From assembly GCA_015680685.1 (NCBI GenBank), contig MNCI01000424.1, positions 219,813-283,812 of the forward strand: a stretch of DNA of 64,000 nucleotides, in the 5' to 3' direction. Positions within the stretch are counted from its first letter, which is position 1. Every line of letters starts with the position of its first letter. Shown in pieces: positions 13,071 to 23,930 of the stretch. The notes under the pieces were generated by a model. It worked only from the letters and a program-made list of their open reading frames with translations. It was not told the origin of the DNA and ran no database searches. This DNA comes from Gnetum montanum. Taxonomy: Eukaryota; Plantae; Gnetophyta. Position numbers and translations under genes: made by a program.

Positions 13071-13239
13071 AACATAAAACATGAAACAAACAAAAGGAAA
13101 CAACCATGAAAGATGACTAAGGAGGTAGGCACACATTCACATTATACTCAACAAGCTCAAGTATGGATTATGTGGTTTCAGAAGTGCCCTTTCGAGCATT
13201 GTACAAGAATATTTTCAAATTTTTAGATAATTCAACGGA

Positions 13240-14997
13240 TGCCATCAGCTCTAAAAGTTGAACTATGGCATCCTAAACTTTGGCTGAGATAAAGATTTCT
13301 TGCTTTTGTATTTGCCATTTCACTTGGATACAACTTGGTATTTTGTCGGAAAAAATGATCTGCGAAAATGGAAGCTCCAGGAGATAGGCAGGATGGCTCA
13401 ATCAAAATCATTTTTCTTTGGAAGTATCCAGTCATAAGAATAATATATGTGTGATTGGCTATTGTTATATTTGAATGAACTCTAGAACTCATCTGCAGAA
13501 GCCCTAGCTAGTCTATTTTTAACTGTTAACGAGAATTACTATTAGCACTAGTTGTCAAACCTCTTTCTACCATTAAGTTCTTATTGCAGGTGGAGATACT
13601 ATGAATATTTTAAGTAAATTTGGGGGTACTTTTGGGAAGTTGAGTGCAATATATTAGCAATGATACCTTGAACAGAAAGGGTGATCTTTATTGAAGCAAC
13701 AGAAGCACATATGTGAGGTACACCAAGAGTTGAACATATGCAACACAAGTATGACAAATGTAAGTGGTTTGACTGCTATGCTTCATAGTGAAAGGCAATG
13801 GCATTTTTTACTGTAGTAATTAGCTGAACACCAGTATTCTGTAGCAGCACACTCTCACAAAAATTCTTGAGCTCCCATTTTCCTGAAACTCACTCCCGTA
13901 CTCATATAGATACTTGACGTGCAGTTGAAATCCTAAATGAACATCAAAATGCTACCCATTGACTTACTAAGTTATTTTAGTAATCATTGCATAAAATATT
14001 TTTACTTTTTTCTTTAAAAAATTTTGGAAATGTGTAAAAATATATTAAGACTATATTTTTCTTAATTTGTCAACTTGAGTTCCAAGTGTGCTTCCACCTC
14101 GCTCCCCAAAAAAGTCCTTATTTCTAAATTCATTTGGGTGTCTTTTCTCATGCACTTCCAAGCTATATGGAACATAGGTGAACTGTAATACAGTAGTGCT
14201 GCTACTCTCAACGGTAAGTCAACATGAAACCAAAAGATTTAACTTCACTTCACATATTTTCTAACATCTCTCTCACTTGAAGGGAACATTTGTGAGCAGA
14301 TATTCTGAGCATCGAAATCCAACCTCTGTAAGAATGAGCTTTATCAAGCTGTTTGCAAGATTTTCTTTGGAAGCCAATATGGATTCCAGCACTCTGTAGT
14401 GTCTGCTAAATGAAATAGGACCCCTGCATAGAGTGCTTGATCTGAAGAAGCTGAATTCATTGCCATGATAATATCCTTGCAGATATCAAAATGCATTGTC
14501 CAACTTTTTTTTTGTTTAAATCCAACCATTAACCTGATTCAAGCAATGTCTTATCATCAGGTGATTGGTTGTCAAATAGCCAAGCACAACTATTTGTTCA
14601 CGGTGCCAACCACACACCAAGTCTAGCAACTTAAACATTTGATTTTTGTTGTGAGAATAGTTAGTATAGGCATTGAGGGAAGACAATCTTGCCTATTTTT
14701 GCATGGGAAATTGAAGGCTTAACTAATAGCTCTTGGAATTTAAAAGCATAATTTGATTTGAAGAGTCAATGGAAAACATTTGAACACTACAGATAAGGAT
14801 GTCACCGAAGATAATGTACCTGGGAATGTTAAAAAAACAAGGTCATTATAGTTGGGTATAAGATTTCACGTAATTCATTTTTATGAATGTTACATCTTTC
14901 TATCAGCTTGCTTGATCGTTAAAATCCCAAGACTAATCTTGTTGTACTTCAAATCTTATTTTATTATTATAATCTCTTTTTCCTTCTTCAAAAAAAT
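13240..14997 (+). mobile_element. Highly decayed L1 LINE 3' fragment
   Basis: 3' end (AATCCCAAGA..TTGTACTTCAAATCTTATTTTA..A-tract) aligns with the L1 tail at 52490-52600; WKPIW remnant near 14370. The 5' boundary is a guess. Confidence 0.45.
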
Positions 14998-15234
14998 GAA
15001 TGCTACATCTTGTTGGGAACTAGTTGTCTACTAAGCGTCTTCCCAAACTGCAACAAAATTGTCAAGAAATATTCAGCTTTCATAAACCAGTTTTCTAAGG
15101 AAGAATGGTACCCTGCCAAAGCACAAACAATCATGAATCTGTTACATTCAAATTACATTATTAGTCATGCCTATACTTATGATATTCGAATCAGATTATA
15201 GCTTGTTTTCATTCTAGACATTCTAGATCATAGA

Positions 15235-15676
15235 TGTAGGAAAACATGCCTTACTGGTGGGTGAAAGGTTGTTTCCCTCCGAAATAGGGGCCAGAGAAGT
15301 ATGGAGATCTTCACGGGTTCCATGCTATCCCAACTAAAGAACTACATGGGCCCTGATTCCTTTGTTGTACTTCATTACAAGGATATGTAGGCTTACAAAG
15401 GAGCTTCAACTTCGATGCTTGGGCCACTACTTTTCTCTTTGAGCGTGGGGTTTAGGACTAAATGTGTTAGAGTAGGAATGTGTCTTAGCTCTTCTAGGAG
15501 AATGGTGTCTCTTGTGGTTACATGTGCTTGTTGTGGTTATGTGTATGTGCGTGTCATGTTGGATGTGTCACATATATGATTTCATGTGGTGTATCCAATA
15601 CACTCCTAACCCATGGACTAACGAGTGATGTGCACTAATGCTATGCAAGCAAGGTCTCTAGAGTAGTGTCATTACA
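15235..15676 (+). repeat. 5' LTR of the gag-only element
   Basis: Aligns with 18566-19097 except for an indel of roughly 90 bp near the 3' end. Confidence 0.9.
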
Positions 15677-16419
15677 CTTGGTATTAGAAATGTGGTTTGT
15701 AGTTCAAGGTTGGTGGTGATTTTGGATACATTGTTTGTGGTTGTGCTTTATTGTTTGTGATTCATGTGCTACTATGGTGCACAAAAAGAAGAGCAAAGGA
15801 AGCCAAAATGTTGGCAATTCTTCTCCTGGTTCCCATCCTCACAATGGAGTAGTTGTAGATGGTAGTTGGGGTAGTCATGTGCACAAGGAGGTGCACGATG
15901 AGGAGAATGTGTATGAGGATGTGCACAAGAATGAGAATGTGGAGATGATCAGTGAGAGGGATATTGATGAATCCCCTAGAAAGAAGCAAGAACTGTGGGG
16001 CCATTTGTTGCAAGTAGACAACATCATCATGTGTAGTCTACATGCAGTAGAGAAGGCTCGTATGATTCAAGAGCTGGTTGATTCAATGGAAGCTCCTTTC
16101 CTTTTAGAGTTGGGCTTTGGCACCAAACACAAACTTGTCCTAACTAAAAAATTTGTATTGAGGAACTAAGTGAAGCAACTTGGAGATGTTGTTGATGATT
16201 TCTAGCTTGCTAGCTAGGAGCTCTTGGATGAAAATTAGGATCTGCAATTGTTGCTATAAATTCAACATGCCTTGTACAAGAGCTAACAAAATGAGATTGA
16301 GGCTTTGGAAAAGAAATTAGAGGATGAGATTGGGGTTGTGAAAGATCAGCTAAGTATGCAAGCAAGGGCATTGGCATTGGGGTTGAGTTGATTGGTTTCC
16401 AAGTTTCAAGCAAAGCAAC

Positions 16420-17180
16420 CAAAAATCTATGAGGGCAACAGGGATGATGATGTGATAGATGCTTTTCTATTTGAGATAGAAGAGTTCCTAGAGATGTATG
16501 AATGTGCCACTAAAAAACAAGCTTGCATTATTGCCTAATTCTTGGGTGTAATAGCAAAAACCTGGTGGGTTGACATTCTTCAAGAAGAGAAAGTTGGGAT
16601 TGGACAACCCATCAAGGCATGGGATTAGTTTAAGGAAGCTTTGATCAAGAATTTTTGTCCAAGCACTTCCATTGACAAAGCCTAGGCGAAGCTAAAGGAG
16701 ATTCGGCATACATGAGAATTGGAAGAGCATATTCGGGAATACCAAAACATCATCATACAAATCCCAAGTATGGATGAGGACAACAAGCATAGACTGTTTC
16801 TCAATGGCCTCAAACCTTGGGTCCATCGTGAACTCAAAACTTGCAAAATCACAGGATTCAAGGAGGGCATCTAAGTTGTTGGCAGTTTGACTAATTACAA
16901 GGTTGGAAAGAAAGGTAAGGGTGTAGTGGAGCAAGAAAGAGAGTAATAAGTCTTGGAGAGGGGATGCATAGGTGAATTCTAGTGGATTTAGAGGCTCTTA
17001 TGTTGACCTAGCTCCAAGTAAACAAACCTCATCCTATGGGTATGGGAAATGTCAAGCTTCTCAACAACAACAAGAATCATGGAACGAATGATCATGTTTC
17101 AGAGTATTCTCCCAATATCCTTCGAGGCGTCCAACTACATCTATGGTGGAGAACATTATGCTCAAGAATGCTTTCAAAAT
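16420..17180 (+). pseudogene. Retrotransposon gag core and zinc-knuckle remnant
   Basis: PKIYEG..IDAFLFEIEEF, AKTWW, FKEALIKNF, FLNGLKPWVHREL; knuckle remnant GGEHYAQEC. Confidence 0.8.
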
Positions 17181-17554
17181 CTTCAAGTTAGAAGTGGTGG
17201 TAATAGACCATATGAGAATCGTAGGTTGAATATAGTTGAGCATTAGCCTCATGATCCATTGATGATCTCTAATGGTGACGACCAAGAGCAAGATATGATA
17301 CGTTTGAACTCCTTCTAGCAAGTACATGAGGGCCTAACCACCTTAGTGCAAGGTGGAGGATTTGGTATTCAAATAGGATAGTGAGTAGCAAGAAGATCGG
17401 AACATAGTCAGCCTAGTGTGATCACTTCATCATGAATTGATTTTGGATATAGAGAGGAAAAAAAGAGAGAAGCACTCACATGAGTGGAGAAATAGAGGGT
17501 TTGGTGGAGTGCATGTTCTTGATGGTAACTCTGGACAGATGGTATATGTTCTTC

Positions 17555-18335
17555 ATTGTGTCTTTGAGCAAGGAGCATAGTTATTTGACTGTGTCTTCAA
17601 GTAGGAAGCAGAGGATTTTGATTGTCTTCGAGTAGGAAGTGTAAGATTGTGACTATGTCTTTGAGTAGGAAGGGTAGGATTATGACTACATCTATGAGCA
17701 AGGAGTGTAGGATTGTGATTGTGTCTTTGAGTAAGAAGCACATGGTTGGAACTGTGTCTTCAAGTGGGAAGCAAAAGATTGAGGTAGAGGAATGAGTGCC
17801 TCCAAAAGACTATACCTCTGCATCACTATAAGTGTAGGAAAATGGTTTGCATTTTAAGCAAGTCTTGTTCCAGGTAGAAAGGTTGGTATAGTTTGTATGA
17901 AAAAAGCCTTTTCTTCCACAGTTTGTGTCTTCAAGTGAGAATCACATGATTGGAACTATGTCTTCAAGTAAGAAGCACAGGACTAAGGCAAAGGAATGAG
18001 TGCCTCCAGAAGACTATACCTCTGCATCACTACAAGTGTAGGAAAATGGTTTGCATTTTAAGCAAGTTTGGCTCCAGGTAGAAAGGTTGGTACAATTTGC
18101 ATGAAAAATGGCAAGCTTGTTCTTCCATAGTTTGCGTCTTTGAGTAAGAAGCACATGATTGGAATTGTGTCTTCAAGTAGGAAGCACAGGATTGAGGCAG
18201 AGGAATGAGTGCCTCCAAAAGACTATACCTCTGCATCACTACAAGTGTAGGAAAATGGTTTGCATTTTAAGCAAGTCTTGCTCTAGGTAGAAAGGTTGGT
18301 ACAATTTGCATGAAAAATGGCAAGCCTCTTCTTCC
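17555..18335 (+). repeat. Composite tandem array: about seven 33-bp units followed by three ~205-bp higher-order units
   Basis: Unit like TGACTGTGTCTTYRAGTAGGAAGCAYAGGATTG; larger units start near 17720, 17923 and 18132, each containing two 33-mers. Confidence 0.9.
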
Positions 18336-18565
18336 TTAACTTTGGTTGTGTGAGCATCTCTAAGCCTTAGTTGGATGTCATGTTTAATTCCATATTTGTG
18401 CTTTATGGTGGATTACCCTAGCTATTGAACCTTCTTGTTGACAATTGTCAAATGGATTTTGAGTTGTTGAATACCCTCGATATCCATTGTGCTCTCCATA
18501 TTTGAAAATGTGTATGGACAAAGACTTAAGTTTCGAGGACATCGCTTCTTTCAAGCGGGGGAGAG

Positions 18566-19097
18566 TATAAGAAAACATACCTTGTTAGTGGATCAAAGGT
18601 TGTTTCCCTCCAGAATGGGGGCCAAAGCAGTGTGGAGATTCTCAAAAGGTCCTTGCTATCCCAGCCATCACTAAAGAACTACATTGGCCTTGATTCCCTT
18701 ATGTACTTTGTCACAATGATATGTAGGTTGTGTAGGAGCTTTAGCTTTGATGCTTGGACCACCTCTCTTCTCTTAGAAAGTGGGGCTTAGGGCTAGATGT
18801 GTTAGAGTAGGAATGTGTCTTAGCTTCTCTAGGAGAACAATGTCTCTTGTGGTTGTGTGTGCTTGTTGTGGTCATGTGTATGTGTGTGTCGTGTTGGTCA
18901 TGTCACATTATGATTTTATGTAGAGTACTTGATATGCTCCCAACCCATGGACTAATGGGTGATGTGCACTTATGTTGTGCAAGCAAGTGTTGTGAACGTT
19001 GAGGCATAGTCCATCTTGGGTCTACTCTTAGACGTTTGGCCAATTTTGGACTCAAGGGTGGTGCCGAATGATGCTTCTCTAGAGTAGTGCTATTACA
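18566..19097 (+). repeat. 3' LTR of the gag-only element
   Basis: Follows the PPT; aligns with 15235-15676; ends TATTACA. Confidence 0.9.
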
Positions 19098-19215
19098 ACA
19101 AATGACTCGTAAGTTGTAATTATGACCTAGAATCATTTGGAATCACAATATTGAAACAATAAAAGAAAAGAATCAAATTTTTAATAATTTTGAAAAACAT
19201 GTGCTTATGTTGACA

Positions 19216-19637
19216 TATGGTGCTGAATGTTGGGTAGTACAAAAGAGGCATGAACAACAAATCAGTGTGGCAAAAATGTGAATGCTTCAATGGATGTTAA
19301 ATGTTACTAGAAGGGATAAAATACATAATACAAACATCAGAGGAAGACTTGGAGTGGCTTCTATTTCAGATAAGCTACAAGAATGGCAGCTTAGATAGTT
19401 TGGACATGTGTAAAGAAGATCAAATAATGAGCCTATAAACAAAGGTTGCTACATCACTGTTCCAGGAAAGCCACCAAAAGAAAGACCGAAGGAAATGTGG
19501 GAAAAACAATCAAATATGATTTGAAGAAACTACAAATAAACAAAGATCTAACTCTTCATAGAGGCGAATGGCAAAAAAAAACTCATGTAGCTGACCTCAT
19601 TTTGTTGGGACAAGGCTAGGATGATGATGATGATGAT
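19216..19637 (+). mobile_element. 5'-truncated RTE-clade LINE with (ATG)n tail
   Basis: YGAECW..ISVAKM*MLQWM..TRRDKI.N..IR..LR*FGHV; GATGAT tail; 17-bp TSD ATGTGCTTATGTTGACA (19199) / ATATGCTTCTGTTGACA (19638). Confidence 0.92.
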
Positions 19638-21173
19638 ATATGCTTCTGTTGACAATGGCATAAGGTAGATAGCTGGCCATAGTAAGTCAGCATCAAATCC
19701 TTTGCCTACATTAATGGTCAGCCAATCATAGATGGGATAAAGGCACCAAGATGATATGCACTTCTATTGACAAATCATAATAAATCTAGAATCACTTTGA
19801 GTCTCTTGAAATTTCCTGAAATTGTAATTCCAATAGCAATCTAGATCATATTGAGCTGGATCATGATTTTGAATTGCCATAATTGAGATTCTGATCTACA
19901 TTTCATAAGTATGGTCATGGCAATTAGCAATATTAAAAGTTCCATTAGTGTGGAATTAGTTACTGCAGTTTTCATAGGACCAATGAAACATGTCCTAACT
20001 AGTTGTAGACTGAAAGTTGCCATGCTATAAAACTGCATTTCATTTTCCACCATGAACTTGATGGATGGTAAAAAGTGTCTCTAACTGCTACAATTTGAGG
20101 GGTAATACTTGATTGTTAATAGCCTTTTGTCCACATACCCAGTCAATTGAACAATACTAAAGATCATTGCTCCAATGATGACAACAATGCCGATATTTTG
20201 TCTTCCATTTCTAATGAAACATGAGAAGATAGTAGAAGGAATCTCGTTAACCTTCTGATATTAATCACATCTCTATCCTGAATCCAAAAGGTTTTGATCA
20301 AGCTGTTTCACCTGTACTGTTTTTAAATGCTTCTTCAACAGAAGGATGGGTACATGGAGTATTCATTATCATAAATTTGATTGCATTTATTCCATCCAAT
20401 TTGGATGGGCCTTTAGAGTTTGTGGGTTCGGTTTTAGCTTTTATGGTGGCCCGTCTGCCTGACTCTAAAATGGCATACATTTTTATTGTACACCAGGTCG
20501 CATTCTTGGGATTAACATAATGGTAAGCAGAACACTCTAACCGCTAAGGCCTTTTGGAGCATTCTCTCTTGAAATCCTTAGATTTCAGTACTAATCCTAT
20601 ATAAATTGGACTCTTGCCCTGGCGTTGGCAAATTTCAGAATGTCTGGATAACCTGGAAATGTTGAATTGGATTCAAGAAAAATGAACTTGGTGGTATAGG
20701 GACACATTTCTATTGATCTGATTTCAAACATGCCAATTCATTTATTAAAGTCAATAGGCTGAAGAGCCAGTACATGCATGTGCTCTTATTACTTTCCAGG
20801 TTTTATGATCTGCTACCTGTGTTTCTGACACATCTAAGCTACCAGTGGCATATGCTTGGAATTTTGAACTGATATTCTATCAATGTTAATTTCTCTTTTG
20901 CAGGCATCACCTTGCATGTTTTTTTGTGTACAAATTTTAGATTCATATTGAGAAAACCTTCTGACACAAAACTTACAATTTCATTATTAAAAATATGTTT
21001 AAGATTTAAATATCTATGCTATTCTTTGGTGTCTTTACTGTTGCATTTAATTTAGTTTAGCTGAGGAAAATTGTAGTTGCAAACTACAGAAACCATGTAA
21101 TCAAATTTTGGACATCAGTGATGTACTCTTATTTTAATTTTTCTTCATGTTTAATGTATAGCATTTTCTTTAG

Positions 21174-21235
21174 AGGACTTAGACGAAGTTCGTAATCAGA
21201 ATGAGCTCTGCATGTTGATGGTCAGTCAAGAGAAG
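21174..21235 (+). CDS. Coiled-coil gene exon 3 (EDLDEVRNQNELCMLMVSQEK)
   Basis: TTTTCTTTAG acceptor and AAG|GTACC donor; phases 1/0 compatible with exons 2 and 4. Confidence 0.65.
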
Positions 21236-21330
21236 GTACCTTTCTTTTTTTTAAAAAAAAAAATGGTTCTTTAAGTAGTTTATCCTTTCGTATATATTTT
21301 GATCTTGTTTATCAATTTTGAAATGTCAAG

Positions 21331-21732
21331 CACAAAACTGGTACTCTCAAAAACAAGGAAGTCGATGATTCACAAAATTTGCATATCTTGGAATTGGAGA
21401 GAAAGGTGCAGAGTCTGAAAGATTTGCTAAAGCAAAGGGAAAATCATCACCGGATTGAAATAGCAAAACTGAAGAGCGAATACCGAAGAATTAAGTCCAT
21501 CAGGAAGCATGAGGTTTCTGCTCTTCTAAGGGAGAGAGACTTTGTGTGGAACCAGCTACATGTACTAGAGCAACACTACATGGAACGCCTAAAAAAAAAG
21601 GATGAGGAACTTCATCTGGCTCTTATAAAAATTGAAACTCTGGATAAACACGTGCTTGAATTGCAGCAAGCATATAGTGAGAAAAATGTTGGTTGGACTA
21701 GGACTGAACTAAGACAGAATGAAACATTGTGA
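21331..21732 (+). CDS. Coiled-coil gene exon 4 (may splice near 21688-21692 to a short terminal exon at 22179)
   Basis: Heptad-rich ORF with EVSALLRERDFVWNQL, a motif I recall from the plant cytomatrix-protein-like family; AAG acceptor at 21330 is in frame. Confidence 0.8.
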   Translation, partial: HKTGTLKNKEVDDSQNLHILELERKVQSLKDLLKQRENHHRIEIAKLKSEYRRIKSIRKHEVSALLRERDFVWNQLHVLEQHYMERLKKKDEELHLALIKIETLDKHVLELQQAYSEKNVGWTRTELRQNETL

Positions 21733-22029
21733 AGATTCAATTTAATGATTAATGGAATTAGAATACTGTAGAGAAACTCCATGTAGCTTGTAAAAAGTGG
21801 TATGGTGAAAATGCAAATTATAACATGGATTCCAAAAAGGATTAAAGGCATTATGAAAGTCTCTACTTTCCACATTGGGAAAACATGAAGGAAAGTTAGC
21901 AAATGTCATGAGAGAACTCACTTAGTGACATATCCTTCCTCTGCGGTATAATCTCCGCATCTCTTAATGTAAATGGTGAGAATCTCACGCAGGTTATATT
22001 GTATCGGGCATGTTTTGTACATTGAATTC

Positions 22030-23930
22030 AATCGTTCATGCCATCATTTTGTGATGGCATGGAGTAAGCTTTTTGGGAAATGTGCATGTTAAAAAAAATT
22101 CAAATGCTTTAGCATTTGATATTTTGTTAAGATGCTCATATTCTACTTTAGTATTTACTTTCTTTTACCCTTCTTCAGGGCCTACACAGCGGAAGCGAAC
22201 AATAATCTTATTGTGAGCCACGAATCCTTTTTTAAAAAGCTTTTTAATTGCTATTCATTTTTCTATCCCTTAAACTTAGTCCCTAATGGAAGGAAATCTC
22301 CAATCTACGGTGGTGGTGGGGTGCCCATTGACCTTTCCCTGGAGAAAGGACCTTATACCGTCTAAGAAAAACTGATCAAATACTCATATGTAAAAGGCAC
22401 CTGATATAGATAAAGGTTATCATCATTAATTAATAAATCTGATAGGTTTGTGCAAAGTTGTTTATCTATATTGTTTTTGTATTCTTGGATTTGTAGTTTT
22501 GTTGGCTTCTTATATTTCTCGACCTGGTCTTACACTTCATCAGAACTTGCAATGGTCATCATAGTTCATGACATTAATTTTCTTTGTCATAAACTCAAAA
22601 ATTACATAAAACCTAAGTACATATTACATTTGTTATAAGTTGCATTATTCTTTACCATACATTACAATATTTTTCTCACAAGAAAAATGGATTCTTCATG
22701 AACTTTTAAGATTTTCCCTTGTGTAACATTAAGCTTGATTAGATTAGTAAATATTAAATACTTAAAATTAGTTAGAAACATATATTAAAATACTTCCAAT
22801 CTTACTATGTTTTATTCTTGTTTTAATTTAATAAGTTTTGCAAAATAAAAAGCTTTTATATATAATACATACTTGAATAAGTTACATGTACTATCCTTTG
22901 TGTAATTTTGTGTTATGCTTCTTAATTCTTTCTTTGTATTTATTCTCACTTCAACATTATCATCATCCTAACTTTGTCTCACTTCAACCTTGGTATTAAT
23001 TTTTCATGCCCTTGGCTATAATGGCATGGAGTAAGCCTTCAAGGACCTTTAAAAAATGTGCATGTTAAAGGAATTTCAAATGTTAAAGCCATTGATTTTT
23101 TGTAGGATGTCCTTAGTCACTTTCGTATTTAATTTCTATTTACCGTTCTTTAGAAATTATATAGTAGAAGCAACAATAAATTATAATTATATATATTGTG
23201 AGCCACAAATCTAACTATACAACAATTGTTTTTCTTTTTTTCCTTTTTAGTTGCTATTTATTGTTGTCTATTTCTTAAAATTATACTTCTTTTAATTTTT
23301 AATGGAAAGAAATCTCGAATCTATGGTGGTGGTTGGACATTCATTTACCTTTCATTAAATAAAGCTAGCTTATCCCTTTTAAGAAAAATTTATCAAATAC
23401 TCTCATGTATAAGTAAAAGGCACATAAACCGAACAAAGGTTGGCATCATTAATTAACAAATATGAGAGCCTTCTACAAAATAAGATAATTTTATCATGAA
23501 CTCACAACTCGCAATTGTCATCATGATTCATGACACTAAATTTCTTTATCATTCTTGAAAATTCAAAAGATGCCAATATTTATTGTTTCATACATAAAAG
23601 ACAAGCTCCTATTACATCTGTCATAAGTCACATTATTCATTACTATACATTACAACCTTTTTTCTCACATGAAACATGGACTCTTTATTAACTTTAAGAT
23701 TTTCCATGGAGTAAAATTAACTATGTTAAGATTAGTGAAATTTGAAGACTTAAAAATTAATTAGAAATACATATTAAAGTATTTCCAACCTTACCAAATT
23801 CTATTCTTGTTTGATGCTTTCAAAGATAATTCATAGTGGAATTAGTTACATGCATTATCCTTTGTGTAATTATGTATTATGCTTCATAATTCTTTCTTTG
23901 TATTTATTCTCACTTCATCCTTAGTATTAA
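22030..23930 (+). repeat. Diverged ~950-bp tandem duplication
   Basis: Shared blocks ATGGCATGGAGTAAGC, TGTGCATGTTAAA, GTGAGCCAC, ATCTAYGGTGGTGGT, TAATTCTTTCTTTGTATTTATTCTCACTTCA, offset by about 970 bp. Confidence 0.85.

Larger units (their letters stand above)
15235..19097 (+). mobile_element. Gag-only (pol-less, TR-GAG-like) Ty3/gypsy-type LTR element
   Basis: Paired LTRs 15235-15676 and 18566-19097 (TG/TA...TTACA); Met-type PBS TGGTATTAGA at 15679; PPT AAGCGGGGGAGAG at 18553-18565; degenerate TSD ATAGA/ACAAA; decayed gag but no pol motifs. Confidence 0.88.

Noticed and set aside
13140-13205. Copia RT motif (KLKYGL..APRAWY-like)
   Set aside because: Too short and frame-broken to support.
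15735-16169. 144-aa ORF as a host gene
   Set aside because: Lies just inside the PBS of the gag-only element; most likely the gag N-terminal region.
17555-17780. 33-bp periodic array as a CRISPR-like locus
   Set aside because: Units are similar over their whole length with no unique spacers, there are no cas genes, and the array lies inside a plant LTR element.
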